64,000 nucleotides of DNA from Takakia lepidozioides (GCA_030704615.1 CM060734.1:20336001-20400000); one strand, 5' to 3'. Numbered from the stretch's first letter, positions 38,007 through 49,952 are shown. Notes: generated by a model from the sequence alone, not told the origin. Translations and numbers: made by a program.

Positions 38007-40861
38007 ATGTCGAATTCTGCTTCTAGCTTCCATCACAGTCCTAGTACAGATTCCGGAGGGACAGATCATAGACTTAGACGTAGAATATTTCGCGCAGCAA
38101 TTAGAGAAAGATTTTTTCAATTACCCAGAAGTACAGTTCAAGTAACAACATCTGAAGAAGAAACAGAGGAGACTTCGGTTAATCAACCCGTAGATCACCT
38201 GAATATAGATCTGAACGAATAAGACTCTGAAGGTTCTGAATCCTCAGTATCCTCTCTACCTTTAAGCCCAGCTAGACCCAGTAATCCAGCATCTAACCCA
38301 CCGCTAAGCCCAGGAGGTTCAATGGCGCAGCCACCGGCTTCAATGGCACAACCAATGGCGCAGCCACAACCACCACAGGCACCGGCACCTCCACCAGCAC
38401 CGCTTGCTCCAGATATCCCAATTGTGGTGCCGGCAGGTTTGGCTCCATTGCCACTACCGGGTCACTTGCCTTGGTTTTCTAGTGAACCACATGAAAACCC
38501 TGAATATTATGTCAAAAAAATTGTCCAAAGTTGTTACTCCAATCAGGATTTGGATAATGCTTATTGGTTGATCTGGTTCCCTGCAATTTTAAGGGGTAGG
38601 GCGTTGACTTGGTATTGGCAGCAAAACGGGGGTTCATTTCAACAATGGGCTCAATTTCGGGATACCTTTCTAAATCATTTCAGAGCAGCACATCAGTTTA
38701 CGAGTGTTCTTATGGCCCTTGCCAGATCAGACAGGGACCAAATGAGGAAGTTGCTGATTTTGAGACGCGTTTCAAAGAGCTAATGCGATCAGAATCCTCT
38801 AACACCCTTGGATGATGGGGTTATGAAAGATTGCTTTCTGAGTGGGTTACGAGAGGATATTCACTTGTTTGTGTTGCAACAGAGACCTGTTACATTAGCA
38901 GATGTGATCCACTCAGGGAAAGAACATGACAACATGCATCGTCAGGTACAACGTGCGAAGATGCCAGAGATGGCGTTTCCGATTAACCCTACGCTTGCAG
39001 TTTCGGAGGCACCTCCCCCGCCCTATTACAGGCCGACAATGACTGGAGGGATGGTTCCTGCTGCCACGATGACATCTGCAATGCCTTTGGTGGCTACCAC
39101 CACCCCCTCAAACCCAACAAGGCACTTTCAGTCAGTTCCTGCTGAATCATATACGGGATCCACTAGCAATGATCGGATGGGACATTTTGAGGAACAACTA
39201 ACATCTGTGTTGAGAGCTGTTGAGTCCATGGGGGATAGAGTTAGTGCCATTGGCCAGCAGGTTTCCAGTTATGTCCATCACAGGGATACTCAGGTTCCAT
39301 TAGCTGAGACGGGTCCTAATGCGTCCAAGTTATGGTGTTATAATTGTCGAGGGTCAGGTCATGATCCCCAACATTGTCCCAACCCGATCCAGGAAAGGGG
39401 ACCTCCTCCATCCCAGAATCCTCCACCAGGACAGGGATATAGGCCACGAAACCGTTATCCGCCATGTGGAAAGTGTGGTCGGTCCAGTCATAGAACAGAA
39501 GATTGTTGGAACAACGTCACATGTCTTCATTGTGGTTTAATAGGTCATCCTTTGGAGCGCTGTCGAACGAGAAATATTGAGAGGCCAAAACCTACAACCC
39601 AATGGCAAGTTGATCAGAATCTACGAGGTCAAAGAGCGCCATTTCTTGATTAATATAATCAGGTGCCTCCGGCAAATTTACCACCCCAACACGGGATGTA
39701 CTTTGCTCCGCAAATATTACAAAGAGATCCAAATTCCAATCCCCCAAAGCAATCTCAATTCAGTCATCAGCCTAGGGTGTCATTTACAAATCCTGTGATG
39801 CAGGAAACGCAAAGTCAACTTCCATGGCGACGATCTCAGGATGAGGGAAATCAAGGGTCCAATCAAGCATCGACATCCACACAACCTCTTCCACAAGCCG
39901 GGACTTCCTCTGGTCCAATCACGCAGAAGTTACCATCGCAACCTAATGTGTATTGGATACATGCCGAACTGTCAAGCATGCCAAAAGAGGAGGAACACGA
40001 GGAGAACACATGTGTGGTGATGACTCGCCAACAACGAGAGATGCTAGTACGAGCGCCGGAAGAGGTAATTCCAGAGGTTACACCTACTTCATCTTCGGAC
40101 AAAGAACCAATGGATTTTCAAGTTGTGAAGGATGATGTGACAAAAATTGCTACTACTCTTCACAATGAAAATGAAGCCAGTATCAGGAAGGGAAAGTTTG
40201 TGGTATTTGAAGGGAGTGACTCTCCGGGTAAGGTGTCCACTCCGTTGCCGTCACTAGTGATGCGACTGAAAATGTCAGCAGTCAAAATAGCTAACACTAC
40301 AGCGAAACGTCCTCAAACTCTGAAAATGAAGTCTACCACCATGAGATTTACCTATAAGCTTGAGCCCTATAACTTGATGCATGACCTGCGCCAAGTGCAG
40401 GCCAACATTTCAGTAGCTCAGCTTGTTGCTCTTGCCCCTACAGTCAGACAAGCCCTGAAGGCTTCATTGGTCAGGAAAAGACGAGAGAAATTTCCCAGTA
40501 TTGCATAATGTCAATGCAAGAATAGACCCTGGACCAATAGAGATTGAAGTGGAGATTGTAGACTGTTTTATTTAACATTGCTTGGTAAATGGTGGAAGCT
40601 CGGTGAACATCATGCCACTCTCCACAATGGAGAAACTAGGCTTACACATGACTGGTAAATCCCCATTGATTATCCGATTGGCAGATCAGCGAAGAATCAG
40701 GCCAGTGGGTCAAATTTCCAATCTTCAGATGCAATCCGGAGGTTCTGCATATACAATGGATTTCCAAGTCATTGAAATTCCGTCAGATGGATACTCGTAT
40801 GCATTACTGTTGGGCAGTCCATGGTTGGTTTAGGCTCAAGCATGTACAGACTGGGCTAAGG
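38007..40861 (+). pseudogene. gag and aspartic protease of element B
   Basis: FPAILRGRALTWY gag domain. Knuckles CYNCRGSGHDPQHC, CGKCGRSSHRTEDC and CLHCGLIGHPLERC. Protease VNGGSSVNIM...LADQR...LLGSPWL. Confidence 0.9.
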
Positions 40862-43444
40862 TGTCAAGTTATTTTACCACGAGTGTGAAGTTAGCTAGAA
40901 AATAGCTAGCTTTTATATATTGACATTTGGGATTGATCCAAGTGTCAATCCAGGGGCCAACACATGTTTGGGCACCTGACGTTGTTATCTTCACGGCAGA
41001 TCGCGGTGGGCTCATCTTTCTCGAGTTGAGCCTCACCGCGTCTAGCTATGGCGCCGTAGTGTGGATTCCCCATGGCGTGGGGTGCACTTGGCTCGACTTA
41101 ATATATGAGTGATGTTTTCATGTGCAAGCATGTGAGTTTGAGAGAGCTTGTGTGCTTGTATCATTCCTTTCCTTATCACTCAAGAAAGATCAGCTCGAGT
41201 CTATGAGTGCCAGGTTCGAGTTAGTTGTAGCACTTGTGTTTTCAGATCATGAGAAGCGGTTCAGCCTAGAATGCAGGGATCCGTGCATGAGCCTATCCTA
41301 AGTGGATAGAGTGCAAAGGCGAACAGGTTGCAGGTTTGCCATGGATAGAGAGGCGGGCAACCTATGTTGAAGAGCAGCGTTGCATAGCTCAACGCTATGG
41401 CAACCAAGTTTGGGCTTCTAGTGTGAAGTGGAGGAGATGCTGGCCACGAGTGGGCGAACTGGTGGTCATCTTCTTCAGCTGCAGGCCGAGTTAAAGAGCT
41501 GTAGAAATGTGGGCTGCGCATGGGAAACTAGCATATTGCAGGTTGGAGATGATATGATCAGCTCTAGGTATTTCTGCCCGAAACTAGTTGTTGCGGGTAG
41601 ATGAGGAGCAGCCGAATGGTGGAGCTGCGAGGGGATGCATCGCAACCCATTGGGAGCTTCAGCTCCAAGCTCATGAAGAGGTATGAGTGAAGAGAGGGGG
41701 CTGGTCCCTCTTGTGTGCAAATCAGTGCACTTGTGAAACATGTGCCGAGTTGGAGTTTCAATCTGAAACTCAGCAGTGTAAGGGCTCTTGGAGTGGCAAG
41801 AGCGGGGCTGGAAGAGCAGCAATGAGGCGCCCTAGAGCTAGGGGATATGCATGAGAAGTGCAGGTGCACCAAGTTTGTAAATGTGTGTATTTTCAGATTC
41901 GTTTTTGTGAGTTTCATGAAGAAAATGGAGCTTGTTGGGCAGCATATTGCTTGCTTGTTGAGTTTAGGGTGCCTCTGGTGGGTCGTGAGAGACCAAGAGA
42001 GTATGGCAGCAGGTCTGGTGGCTTCGCAGAAGCCATAGCTCGGCGACAGCAGGTGCAGGAGCAAACCCCAACTCGGAAAGAGCTCGGGAACGCGTGGGAA
42101 CGCGTGGGAACGCATGAGAACTCATTGGGAGTTCTAGGGAACGCAGGGAATAGTGGTCGTGATGGGCCGTTGGGGCGGTATCACGAGATACCACGAGCCC
42201 AGGTCGTGACTGTTGACCATGACCATTGACCGTGACCGTTGGAAGTCATGGTGCGGACACAACGGGTGGGCACGGTGACCAGATCGTGGGGATGGCGGGC
42301 CGTTAAGGCTCGTGGGAGTGGTACCACGGTGTATCACGGGGCAGCTCGTGGCCAACGAGCGCCTAGGGCGGGCCGTGAGGAGTCGTGGCGGTTGGAGCCA
42401 CGGAAGGCTGCGAACAGGCAGAATGAAAATAAAAAATAAAAAATAAAAAAATAAAAATCTTTTTTCACTCGTTTCGTGGGACCTTGATGGGGAGGCTGGG
42501 CTCTATAGAACAACGGTTTTGAGCTAGTTGATCCGGCAGAAAAGTCGGAATTGCCTCCTTGTTGCGTTTTAACAAAGGGGATTACTTCCCTGCAGGTAAT
42601 CTTTTCGGGTTTTCAGCCCAATTCTGAACTATGGGGGAGACCAGCCTGCAGGTAATTCCTTTGGACAGAATGTTGTTGGGGCCGATATGTACCTCTATTT
42701 GCTCCATTTTTGAACTTTCAACGAATGGCGTGGTTTCCTGAGGTGGTCCATTCTGAGGAATGGCTGGTGGACATAAGGAGGCACTGACAGACCCTGTGGA
42801 GGCTTGCATGGGGCCTTGGAGGCCAAGTTTCATGAGCTCGTGGAGGGTGGTTTGAGGAGTGTCTACAGGATGCTCTCATGGTCATGCAAGTGAGAGAAGA
42901 GAGGAAAAAAAGAGGGTGTTGGGATGAGAACGTGCTGGGGTTAGGCATTGCTTTAGCTTCTCTTCCTCGTAGTTTTCCACCTTCTCTGTAGGCCGAGACC
43001 TTTCCGTAGGTGGAGGCAATAGTCAGTCCGGGTTTGGGCTGGGGTGTCCTTGCAGGAGCGACACTTTGGAGAGATTTTTGGTGTGGGGGAGTTGTTGTTT
43101 TCATTCTTGCGTTTGGATCCCCTCCACACCTGCATTCTTGATTGTGCGCCATGCTAGTTTTGTGTGGGCGCTTGATTTTATAGGTGGTTGACTCGGGCTT
43201 GATCGCCGATCCAACCCTAGAGCATGTTGTCGATGGTGAGGTTGGGTTGATGACCAGTCAGACCATCTTTGTTTCTCTTGTGGTGAGGTTGGAGGTGATG
43301 ACCAGCCAACCATAGGAGTGCCTGTGGTGGATGCAGGTGCAGGTGCAGGTGCATGTGCAGGCTATGTTAGGAACCTAGTATTCCAAACCATAAGCCGCAT
43401 CAGGTTCTCTACCCGGATACCTTGTGGAGAGGGGGTTAGAGACA
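40862..43444 (+). repeat. Probable 5' LTR of element C
   Basis: TGTC...GACA ends and no credible ORF. It lies directly before gag. There is no second copy in the window to confirm it. Confidence 0.55.
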
Positions 43445-43483
43445 GGTTCATGACCGGTTGAGTGTCAGTTTGTCAACACGGAG

Positions 43484-45980
43484 GTGCCACTAGTTGTTGG
43501 GGAAAGTGCCGGTACAAGCACTAGCGATACTAGCGGGTATACGAGACGAGGTGTGCGGTTTAGGCCACCTTCACCTCCTGTGTCTTCTACGGAAGGTTCT
43601 GATTCGGATTGTGAATCAGGAGGACTCACACCGGCGGTGCAAGTTGTTTCCTTGCCATTGTTGTGGGACACAATGGAAGAGATGTATGGAGCCACCAAGG
43701 GGCCACGTAGGTACTCTGGGGCGGTGGGCACCATTGAGTTGGATGATTTTATCCAAGAGTTTGATAGTTGGTGTAACTTGCAGCAAATGCGCAATCCACA
43801 ATTGTTTACGCCTTTCATGGCATGGAAGAGGCTGTTTCAGCACCTTGAGGGGCCGCCCATGGATGATTACCATGAGTTTAGGCGGGGGCACGATGATGAG
43901 ATCGAGGAGTGGAGGATGTACTAGTCACCCGACTATGTCTCCATCACTAGATACTCTGGGGCCTCTTACATGGCACATTGAACATAGTGGCCAAGTCTCA
44001 AAGCGAACCAAAATCAATCGAAATTCGTTCAATGGGCCAACGGATGGTTGCCCATCCAAATGATTTTCGTTCGCTTTCACACCGGCAGCAGCCACACTGA
44101 CAGCTGCACCAGCAGCAGCAGCTACAACAGCAACTTCCACGAGCAGTAATGGGACTAGTGGTACAGCAACTACGACGTCCACCCAAGCTACTGCTGCACC
44201 AGCACCAGTGGCGGTGCCTGCCTTCAACCCTGTTGTGGAGTTCTTCAAAGAATTGAGAAGGAACTACCAAGGGCTGAGGACAGAGAAGTTGAGGAGCTTG
44301 CAAGAGTTCCAACGGAAGCCTACTGAGAGCTTGAGGGAGGCTTTCACTCGCATGAGGCGCTTGATTAATGTAACCCAAGGGGTTACGGAGGCTTAGGCAG
44401 TCCAGTTTTGGTATGGGATATTGGACAAGGAGCTGAGGAGAAGGGTGCGAAATGCAACTCTCCTACAAGTGGCCCAACCTATCTTAGCATATGTGTTTTT
44501 ACTGGCAGAGCGGATAGAGCTCAACATGGTAGAGGAACAAGTGGTCATGGTGGGATTTGCTAAGGAGGCACCACGGGGTAGTGGTGCTCCTAGCCAGCCA
44601 CTACCTCAACGTGCTCAAGACAACAAGGGGGCTCAGGCGAAGCCCAGGGAAGGACAGAGAGGACCTCAGATGCAGGGGTCTCTCCCTTCATTTGCTAGCC
44701 AACAACGGGCGGATGTGGTGTGCTGGATATGTAGAGGACCCCATGTCAAGAAGGATTGCCCAAAGGGAGACAATGGTTTGGCACCGGCACAGCCTGCACA
44801 GTTGCAGTGTGGGCATTGTGGCAAGTACGGGCATGGAGAGGCCCAGTGCTATGGTTTGCATCCTGAGTTGCGCCCAGCCCAGTTCCAAGGGAACAATGGT
44901 GGCCGGGGGCAAGGTGGAGCAGCCCAAAGAGGACAAGGTGGCTAGGCACGAGGTGCAGGCCAAGGGCAAGCTCAACATGGCCAAGGACGCGGAGGTCAGG
45001 GTGGTGACCAAGGCATGGCCGACCGGCTTCAACAGCTAGAGCATAAGCTCGCTGCCATGGCCACAGCTCAGGTGATACCAGCTCCAAGGCCGGATGGTCC
45101 ACCTCCTGCTCCTGAGGGAGGAGACTTGGGAGGCATGGGATTCATGTGCGGGGCAGCACTACCACTAGTGAGGGGTGCCACTACCACTACCACTATGGGT
45201 GGGGCACCACTACCACTAGTGTCGGGCAGCACTACCACTACCACTATATGCGGGGCAGGACTACCACTGGTGCAAGTGGAGTCAGCTGCGGCAGTGACTC
45301 AAGGAGCGGCACAAGTTTCTGAGCCACGGGGTGCGGAGGTGGAGTTGGATCCACAGCATGGGGAGGCAAGCCGTCAGGCCAGGCTTCCTCAGTCATTCAC
45401 ATTGGCGGAGACAGTGTCGACGCCGTCCATGGCACCTAGTTCTCGCCCGACTATTACCGAGGCGGAGGTTACTATGCCATTGGGGAGAGCTACACGGGCA
45501 GCACCACTACCTAGTGTTGCTAAGGCTACGGCAGCTAGTGTGCTGCTGGGGGCGGCCACATCTGTGTGCCAGGCTCCATTGTTCTCGGCTACCATGATTG
45601 CGACGCCGAGGGTAAGACCAGCTGAGGTGTTCAGGCTAGCAGCTACACTCTGTGAGAGTGGGGAGGTTACTTCATCTTTTGCGGAGATAGTGGGAGGTGT
45701 AGTGCCGGAGGGATCCTCGGATGTGAGGGTCAAGACTGCCACGGCAAGCTGCAGCTGCCAGGTTGATGGAGCTGCCAGCTAGGCCAGCCATTGAGCGCGC
45801 CATGGTGACACCTGGAGTTGTCATGTTAGACAACCAGAATGACATTTTCTGTTTGAGTGGACCGGCAACCAAGAGGTACCGGCCACTGCGAGTCTTGTTG
45901 GACTCGGGAGCTCAACCATTGATGCTGGGCAGAGCTGCTATTACAGGCTTGGGCCTCACGGAGGCGGATATGGAGCCGTG
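43484..45980 (+). pseudogene. gag and aspartic protease of element C
   Basis: RRYSG....ELDDFIQEFDSWC and FQRKPTESLREAFTRM gag motifs. Knuckles CWICRGPHVKKDC and CGHCGKYGHGEAQC. Protease VLLDSGAQPLM near 45895, truncated by a deletion near 45980. Confidence 0.85.
43950..44078. repeat. ~125-bp filler derived from the 120-bp repeat of 19.6-21.0 kb, inserted in gag of C
   Basis: GGGGCCTCTTACATGGCACATTGAACATAGTGG... is the reverse complement of the repeat. It is followed by forward TCAATCGAAATTCGTTCAATGGGCCAACGGATGG.... Confidence 0.9.
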
Positions 45981-46785
45981 CAGCAGTACCCTGAGTTGTT
46001 GCCGGTGTCTGTGGTTTGTGGATATCAGCAGGCCTTGCCAACAGACATCTCGTTGCTGGGGGCGCAAGATTTGGAACGGGTTGGCCCTGCCAAGGGCATT
46101 CATCAGCCGGGCATGGCAATGGATTGCGAGACTCGAGATCGGGTTTGTTTTGGGAGATGGTGCGGGTTTTGCGCCACTTTCAGCTTCATCAAGCTGTATC
46201 TCCAGCATACATCTTGGAGAATGTGCCACTGATGGGCGATTCTTGGGCCAGGGTGATGGCCAGTGTGCATCAAGTCCGGTCGTGGCTTGGGTCAACAGTG
46301 TTGCTGGATGCAGCTGCAGTAGGGTTGCAGGCTCATCGTCCACGGTTATGGTGGACTAACTTGATGCCACACGCACTACTCAAGCGTGCATTTGATGGGG
46401 TGCAGCGGCCAGCACACCTCACAATGGATAGCATTTTGGACACAGGGAGGCAGTCTCAGCGTGTGAGACACGATGACCATTCGCCTTTGGCAGTGGTCAA
46501 CAAGGTGGGTCAAGCACGAGCAGCACTACCTACACTGCTCAGCTTCCCAGGATCGCATGCTTTCCGGGATAGTGGACCTGGCCTCCTGTGGGATGCTCAG
46601 CTGCAGCAGTTAGTGGAGCCTAATGCCGACGAGCGAGAGCGGGCTATGGGTTTTTCCACTGGGACCACGGCGGTGCCTTCTCTTTCTGTGGCATCACGTC
46701 ATCAGGTGTTGGGGCAAGCGATGGATCTCAATTGCTTGACCTGGATTATCAGTTTGGCTATGGCTGAGCAACGTAGAGTGCAGAT
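45978..46785 (+). pseudogene. C5 cytosine DNA methyltransferase domain (DNMT3/DRM-like), N-terminally deleted
   Basis: Motif III-like ALPTDISLL. Motif IV GWPCQGHSSAG..GLRDSRSGLFWE. Motif VI YILENV. Motif VIII DAA....AHRPRLWWTN. Motif IX ERERAMGF..GTT. Motif X R..VLGQAMD. Motif I (FxGxG) is not present. Confidence 0.9.
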
Positions 46786-47810
46786 TGGGCATGCCAAGGT
46801 CTTTAGCACTCTGGACTTGCGGTCCGGATATCACCAGTTGCCAATCAAGGAGGCAGACAAGCAGAAGACGGCATTCTGGGGGATTAATGAGCAGGGGAAA
46901 GATTGCCTATATCAGTGGCGGTTCTTACCATTTGGGCTTAAGAACGCTCCTACAGAGTTCCAGAGAGTCATGGACAGGATTCTAGCAGGGGTAGACTTTG
47001 CTCGGTGCTACATAGATGACATCATCATCTTTAGTGCTACGGTGGAGGAGCACGAGAGACACCTTCAGGTGGTGTTTGAGCGCTTGAGAGCGCACGGATT
47101 GAAATTACATCTGGGGAAGTGCAAGTTCTTCCACAACCAGATTGAGGCCACATGATATATCATGGAGGATTGGGGGTGCAGCAGACTAAGGTAGAGGCCA
47201 TCGCACAGATTCCACGCCCCACGGATGTGAGTCGAGTTCGAGCTTTCATGGGGTTGGCAAACTACTATAGACGGTTTGTCAAGGGATTTAGTGCTATTGC
47301 AAAGGCTCTAACCAAGCTGACCAAGGTAGACCAGGAGTGACAATGGGAAGATGAGCAAGAGCGCGCCTTTCAGGAGCTCAAGGCGAGGTTGACCTCGGCG
47401 CCCATCTTGAGACGACCTATCAGGGGGGGTCCCTTTCAGTTGCATACAGATTGGAGCATGCTGGGCCTTGGAGCGGTGCTCATACAGGTGGATGATGAGG
47501 GAAGAGAGTTCGTAGTGGCTTATGCTAGCCGCTCGAACAACGCTGTAGAGTCTAAGTATAGCTCATATGAGGGGGAGTGCTTAGCTGCAGTGTGAGCCGT
47601 GGCATACTTCAGGTGCTATCTATACGGCAATCTCTTCACCCTTGTCTCGGATCACCAGCCACTCAATTGGTTGATGGAGTCAGACAAGCTTACAGGGAAG
47701 CTTGCACGGTGGGCACTTATACTTCTAGAGTATGACTTTCAGGTTGTGCATCGACCGGGTTTGGTCAATAGGGATGCGGATGGATTGAGTCGCAATCCAT
47801 GCATGAGCCA
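46786..47810 (+). pseudogene. Reverse transcriptase (N-terminus missing) and RNase H of element C
   Basis: RT motifs FSTLDLRSGYHQ, LPFGLKNAP, CYIDDII, FMGLANYYRRFV. RNase H motifs LHTDWS..GLGAVL, VAYASRS, YEGECLA, DHQPL, ADGLSR. Confidence 0.95.
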
Positions 47811-48144
47811 GCAGGATGACACTGGAGCTCAGTGGCATGGTGAGACGAATGAGGAGATGGTGTCAGGATCAACGACGCTACCGCGTGAGCGTATGAGCAT
47901 ACGCTCACACAACGATGACGTGGCGTGAGCCTACGCTCACGCAGCTGACGTGGCGCTGATGCTGACGTGGCGTGAGCCTGGTCCAGGTCATGCCACGTCA
48001 CCACAAAGAAGGTGGGCCTATAACCGTGGGGCCCCCAACTGCTGATATCACCACATGAAGGTGAAACGGATGAAGGGTTTCGGGCTTTCCTGGAGTTCAA
48101 CCTTCTGTTAACAGGAGCTTCATTTCCTAGAATTGAAATGAACT

Positions 48145-48303
48145 TTGTGTTAACACGAGGTTGTTTTCCTGGAACTAAAATCAACATCGTGTCAACACGA
48201 GGTATATTCGGAGAACTTCATATGAACGTCGTGTCAACACGAGGTTGATTCGGAGAACTTCATGTCAACCTCGTATTAACACGAGGTTGACATGAAGTTC
48301 TCC
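48145..48303. repeat. ~40-bp tandem units ending in a perfect 23-bp-arm hairpin
   Basis: GGAGAACTTCATGTCAACCTCGT-ATTAAC-ACGAGGTTGACATGAAGTTCTCC at 48252-48303. AACACGAGGT occurs 4 times. Confidence 0.9.
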
Positions 48304-48486
48304 AAATCCATACAACAAAGGACACGTCCCAGCATACTGGCAGTGAATTGCAAAAAACCTTAACAGAAGATTATCCAAGCATGTATATTCCCCATATGGC
48401 ACAAGGAAGCTACTTGATTTCTGAATCAAAATGTATGTGCCATGAGTGTCGGCGAGTCAAAACATGTCTATTCTAGCATGCATGAC

Positions 48487-49086
48487 CTATGGTCCCCTTG
48501 CCCAAGAAGAAGGAACTCGAACTGGCCTCTCAAGGACCTCCTGAGTGACCGGATGCCGATATTTGAACAAAATGTCAGCGGTTTCTGTCGCCCGGTTGAA
48601 ACTAACGAGGATGTCATGTTTATCGATAGCGCCCCCTTTGTAGAAGGACATTTTCACAGTGGGCCCTGTGTTCCCCTCCTCCTCATCCTCATAACTGAAG
48701 AGAATGTCCCCACTTTCCGAGCCAGTCCGTCCACGCGTGAAGTTTTCACCTATGCACTCATCATACGTCCACTCGCAATAATTCCAGCGATACAACAACG
48801 TTGTGTGTGATCTGTTCGGCTCCCACTCAAGCGGAAAGTCCAGGTCCATGATGCGTAGGAACCACCTGCTCCCCAGCCGGGGTCCAGGAGAATCGTGCAA
48901 TCCTGGAAGAAACTCCATTGCTCTCAGCTGGACAAGTCGAGGATCGTCCCTGTAAACATCTAGGAAGACAATGATGTCGTCTGCTTTCGGGACAATGACT
49001 CCCGTCTGGCGTCGATAGATGTGATTCGGGCACGACATGGCCTCACAACACAGCAAGAACACAGAGCAGGGAGGAGATGGGCACAA
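48487..49086 (-). CDS. Hypothetical protein (up to 199 aa; likely start near MSCPNHIY), unknown function
   Basis: Uninterrupted ORF with globular, non-repetitive composition. TATATCCC on the minus strand at about 49135 upstream. No family recognised. Confidence 0.45.
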   Translation of the reverse strand: MCPSPPCSVFLLCCEAMSCPNHIYRRQTGVIVPKADDIIVFLDVYRDDPRLVQLRAMEFLPGLHDSPGPRLGSRWFLRIMDLDFPLEWEPNRSHTTLLYRWNYCEWTYDECIGENFTRGRTGSESGDILFSYEDEEEGNTGPTVKMSFYKGGAIDKHDILVSFNRATETADILFKYRHPVTQEVLERPVRVPSSWARGP

Positions 49087-49278
49087 CAGAGAAGAGTGAA
49101 GAGCAAAATGAGAGCGAGGCCGGCGGAAGAGGGATATATCATTGCTGCACTGCCAATGTCGTATGCGGCAGAACTTCTATTTCCTCCGACATGTGTGCTT
49201 TTATTAGACAAATCCGCACCAGTTTCAGGAGAGTTTGCAAAACTCCCTCACCGTAAGGCGGGTATTTGCTCTCCGGAG

Positions 49279-49560
49279 CCCAATTTCGGCGCCGTTATTG
49301 GTTGCACTCCCCGGCCTTCAGCCGGGTATTTGGTTTCCGGACCCCAATTTTGGCGCCGTTATCGGCTGCACTCCGGTGGCTTCAGCCAAGTATTTGGTTT
49401 CCGGGGCCCAATTTCGGCGCCGTTATTGGCTGCACTCCGGAGGCTTCAACTGGTTATTTGGTTGGCGGAGCCCAATTTCGGCACCGTTATTGGCTTCACT
49501 CCCGAGCCTTCAGCCGGCTATTTCTTTTCCTGTGCCCAATTACGGCGCCGTTATACCCAA
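49279..49560. repeat. 64-bp tandem repeat, about 5 units
   Basis: CCCAATT..GGC.CCGTTAT at 49279, 49343, 49407, 49471 and 49535, with a remnant near 49668. Confidence 0.93.
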
Positions 49561-49952
49561 CCATCCTGCACTTCTGCAACAGTACTATCCACGGTTATAG
49601 GTCACCATTGCATTTTCGGAGTCTGCAAACCCGGATCCTAATTCCGCTTGCGTCCCTTCCTCTGGGGTAATTTCGGTGCCGTTATTGCCCAAAATTCAGT
49701 TTTTCTATGACCTGGCCTGGCGGTCCATGAGCTTGGGCTCCAAGTCATGAGCGGACACTGGTACTTATGAGCGGAGTGCTTCCAGCATAAGCGCGGAAAT
49801 CTTCGAAAACCTTCTCTTCTTATACTACTTTCGATTATTTTATAGTTTTGGGCCCGAAAAAAATCTGCCGAAATTCGAAGTGTGTTACTTTGCGGCTCAT
49901 GGGTGAGCCATGCCCACTCATGAGCTCATGAGCTCATGGAATAGCAACCCCC

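Larger units (their letters stand above)
36326..40861 (+). mobile_element. 5' part of a second non-chromovirus Ty3/Gypsy (element B)
   Basis: AT-rich LTR-like region ending TTGACA at about 37737. A degenerate PBS TGTGCGTTTGCCGGGA follows, resembling the tRNA-Asp type TGGCGCCGTTGCCGGGGA. Then gag and protease, cut at 40861 by element C. Confidence 0.65.
40862..47867 (+). mobile_element. Ty3/Gypsy element C carrying a DNA methyltransferase domain, 3'-truncated
   Basis: Interrupts the protease end of B at TGTCAAG. A ~2.6 kb non-coding block ends GACA at 43444. Then gag-PR-DNMT-RT-RNase H; integrase and 3' LTR are absent. Confidence 0.85.
47868..49952. mobile_element. Unclassified ~2.1 kb repeat-rich element D, possibly a non-autonomous DNA transposon
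   Basis: Abrupt junctions with C on the left and A2 on the right. Both ends are rich in TGAGC/GCTCA, with weak inverted similarity (GCTA....TGAGC..ATGAGC). Contains internal tandem repeats and one ORF. No TSD found. Confidence 0.45.

Noticed and set aside
46016-47155. Functional 379-aa DNMT-RT fusion protein
   Set aside because: It lacks SAM-binding motif I and the RT N-terminus, and the neighbouring pol has stops. It is a deletion derivative.
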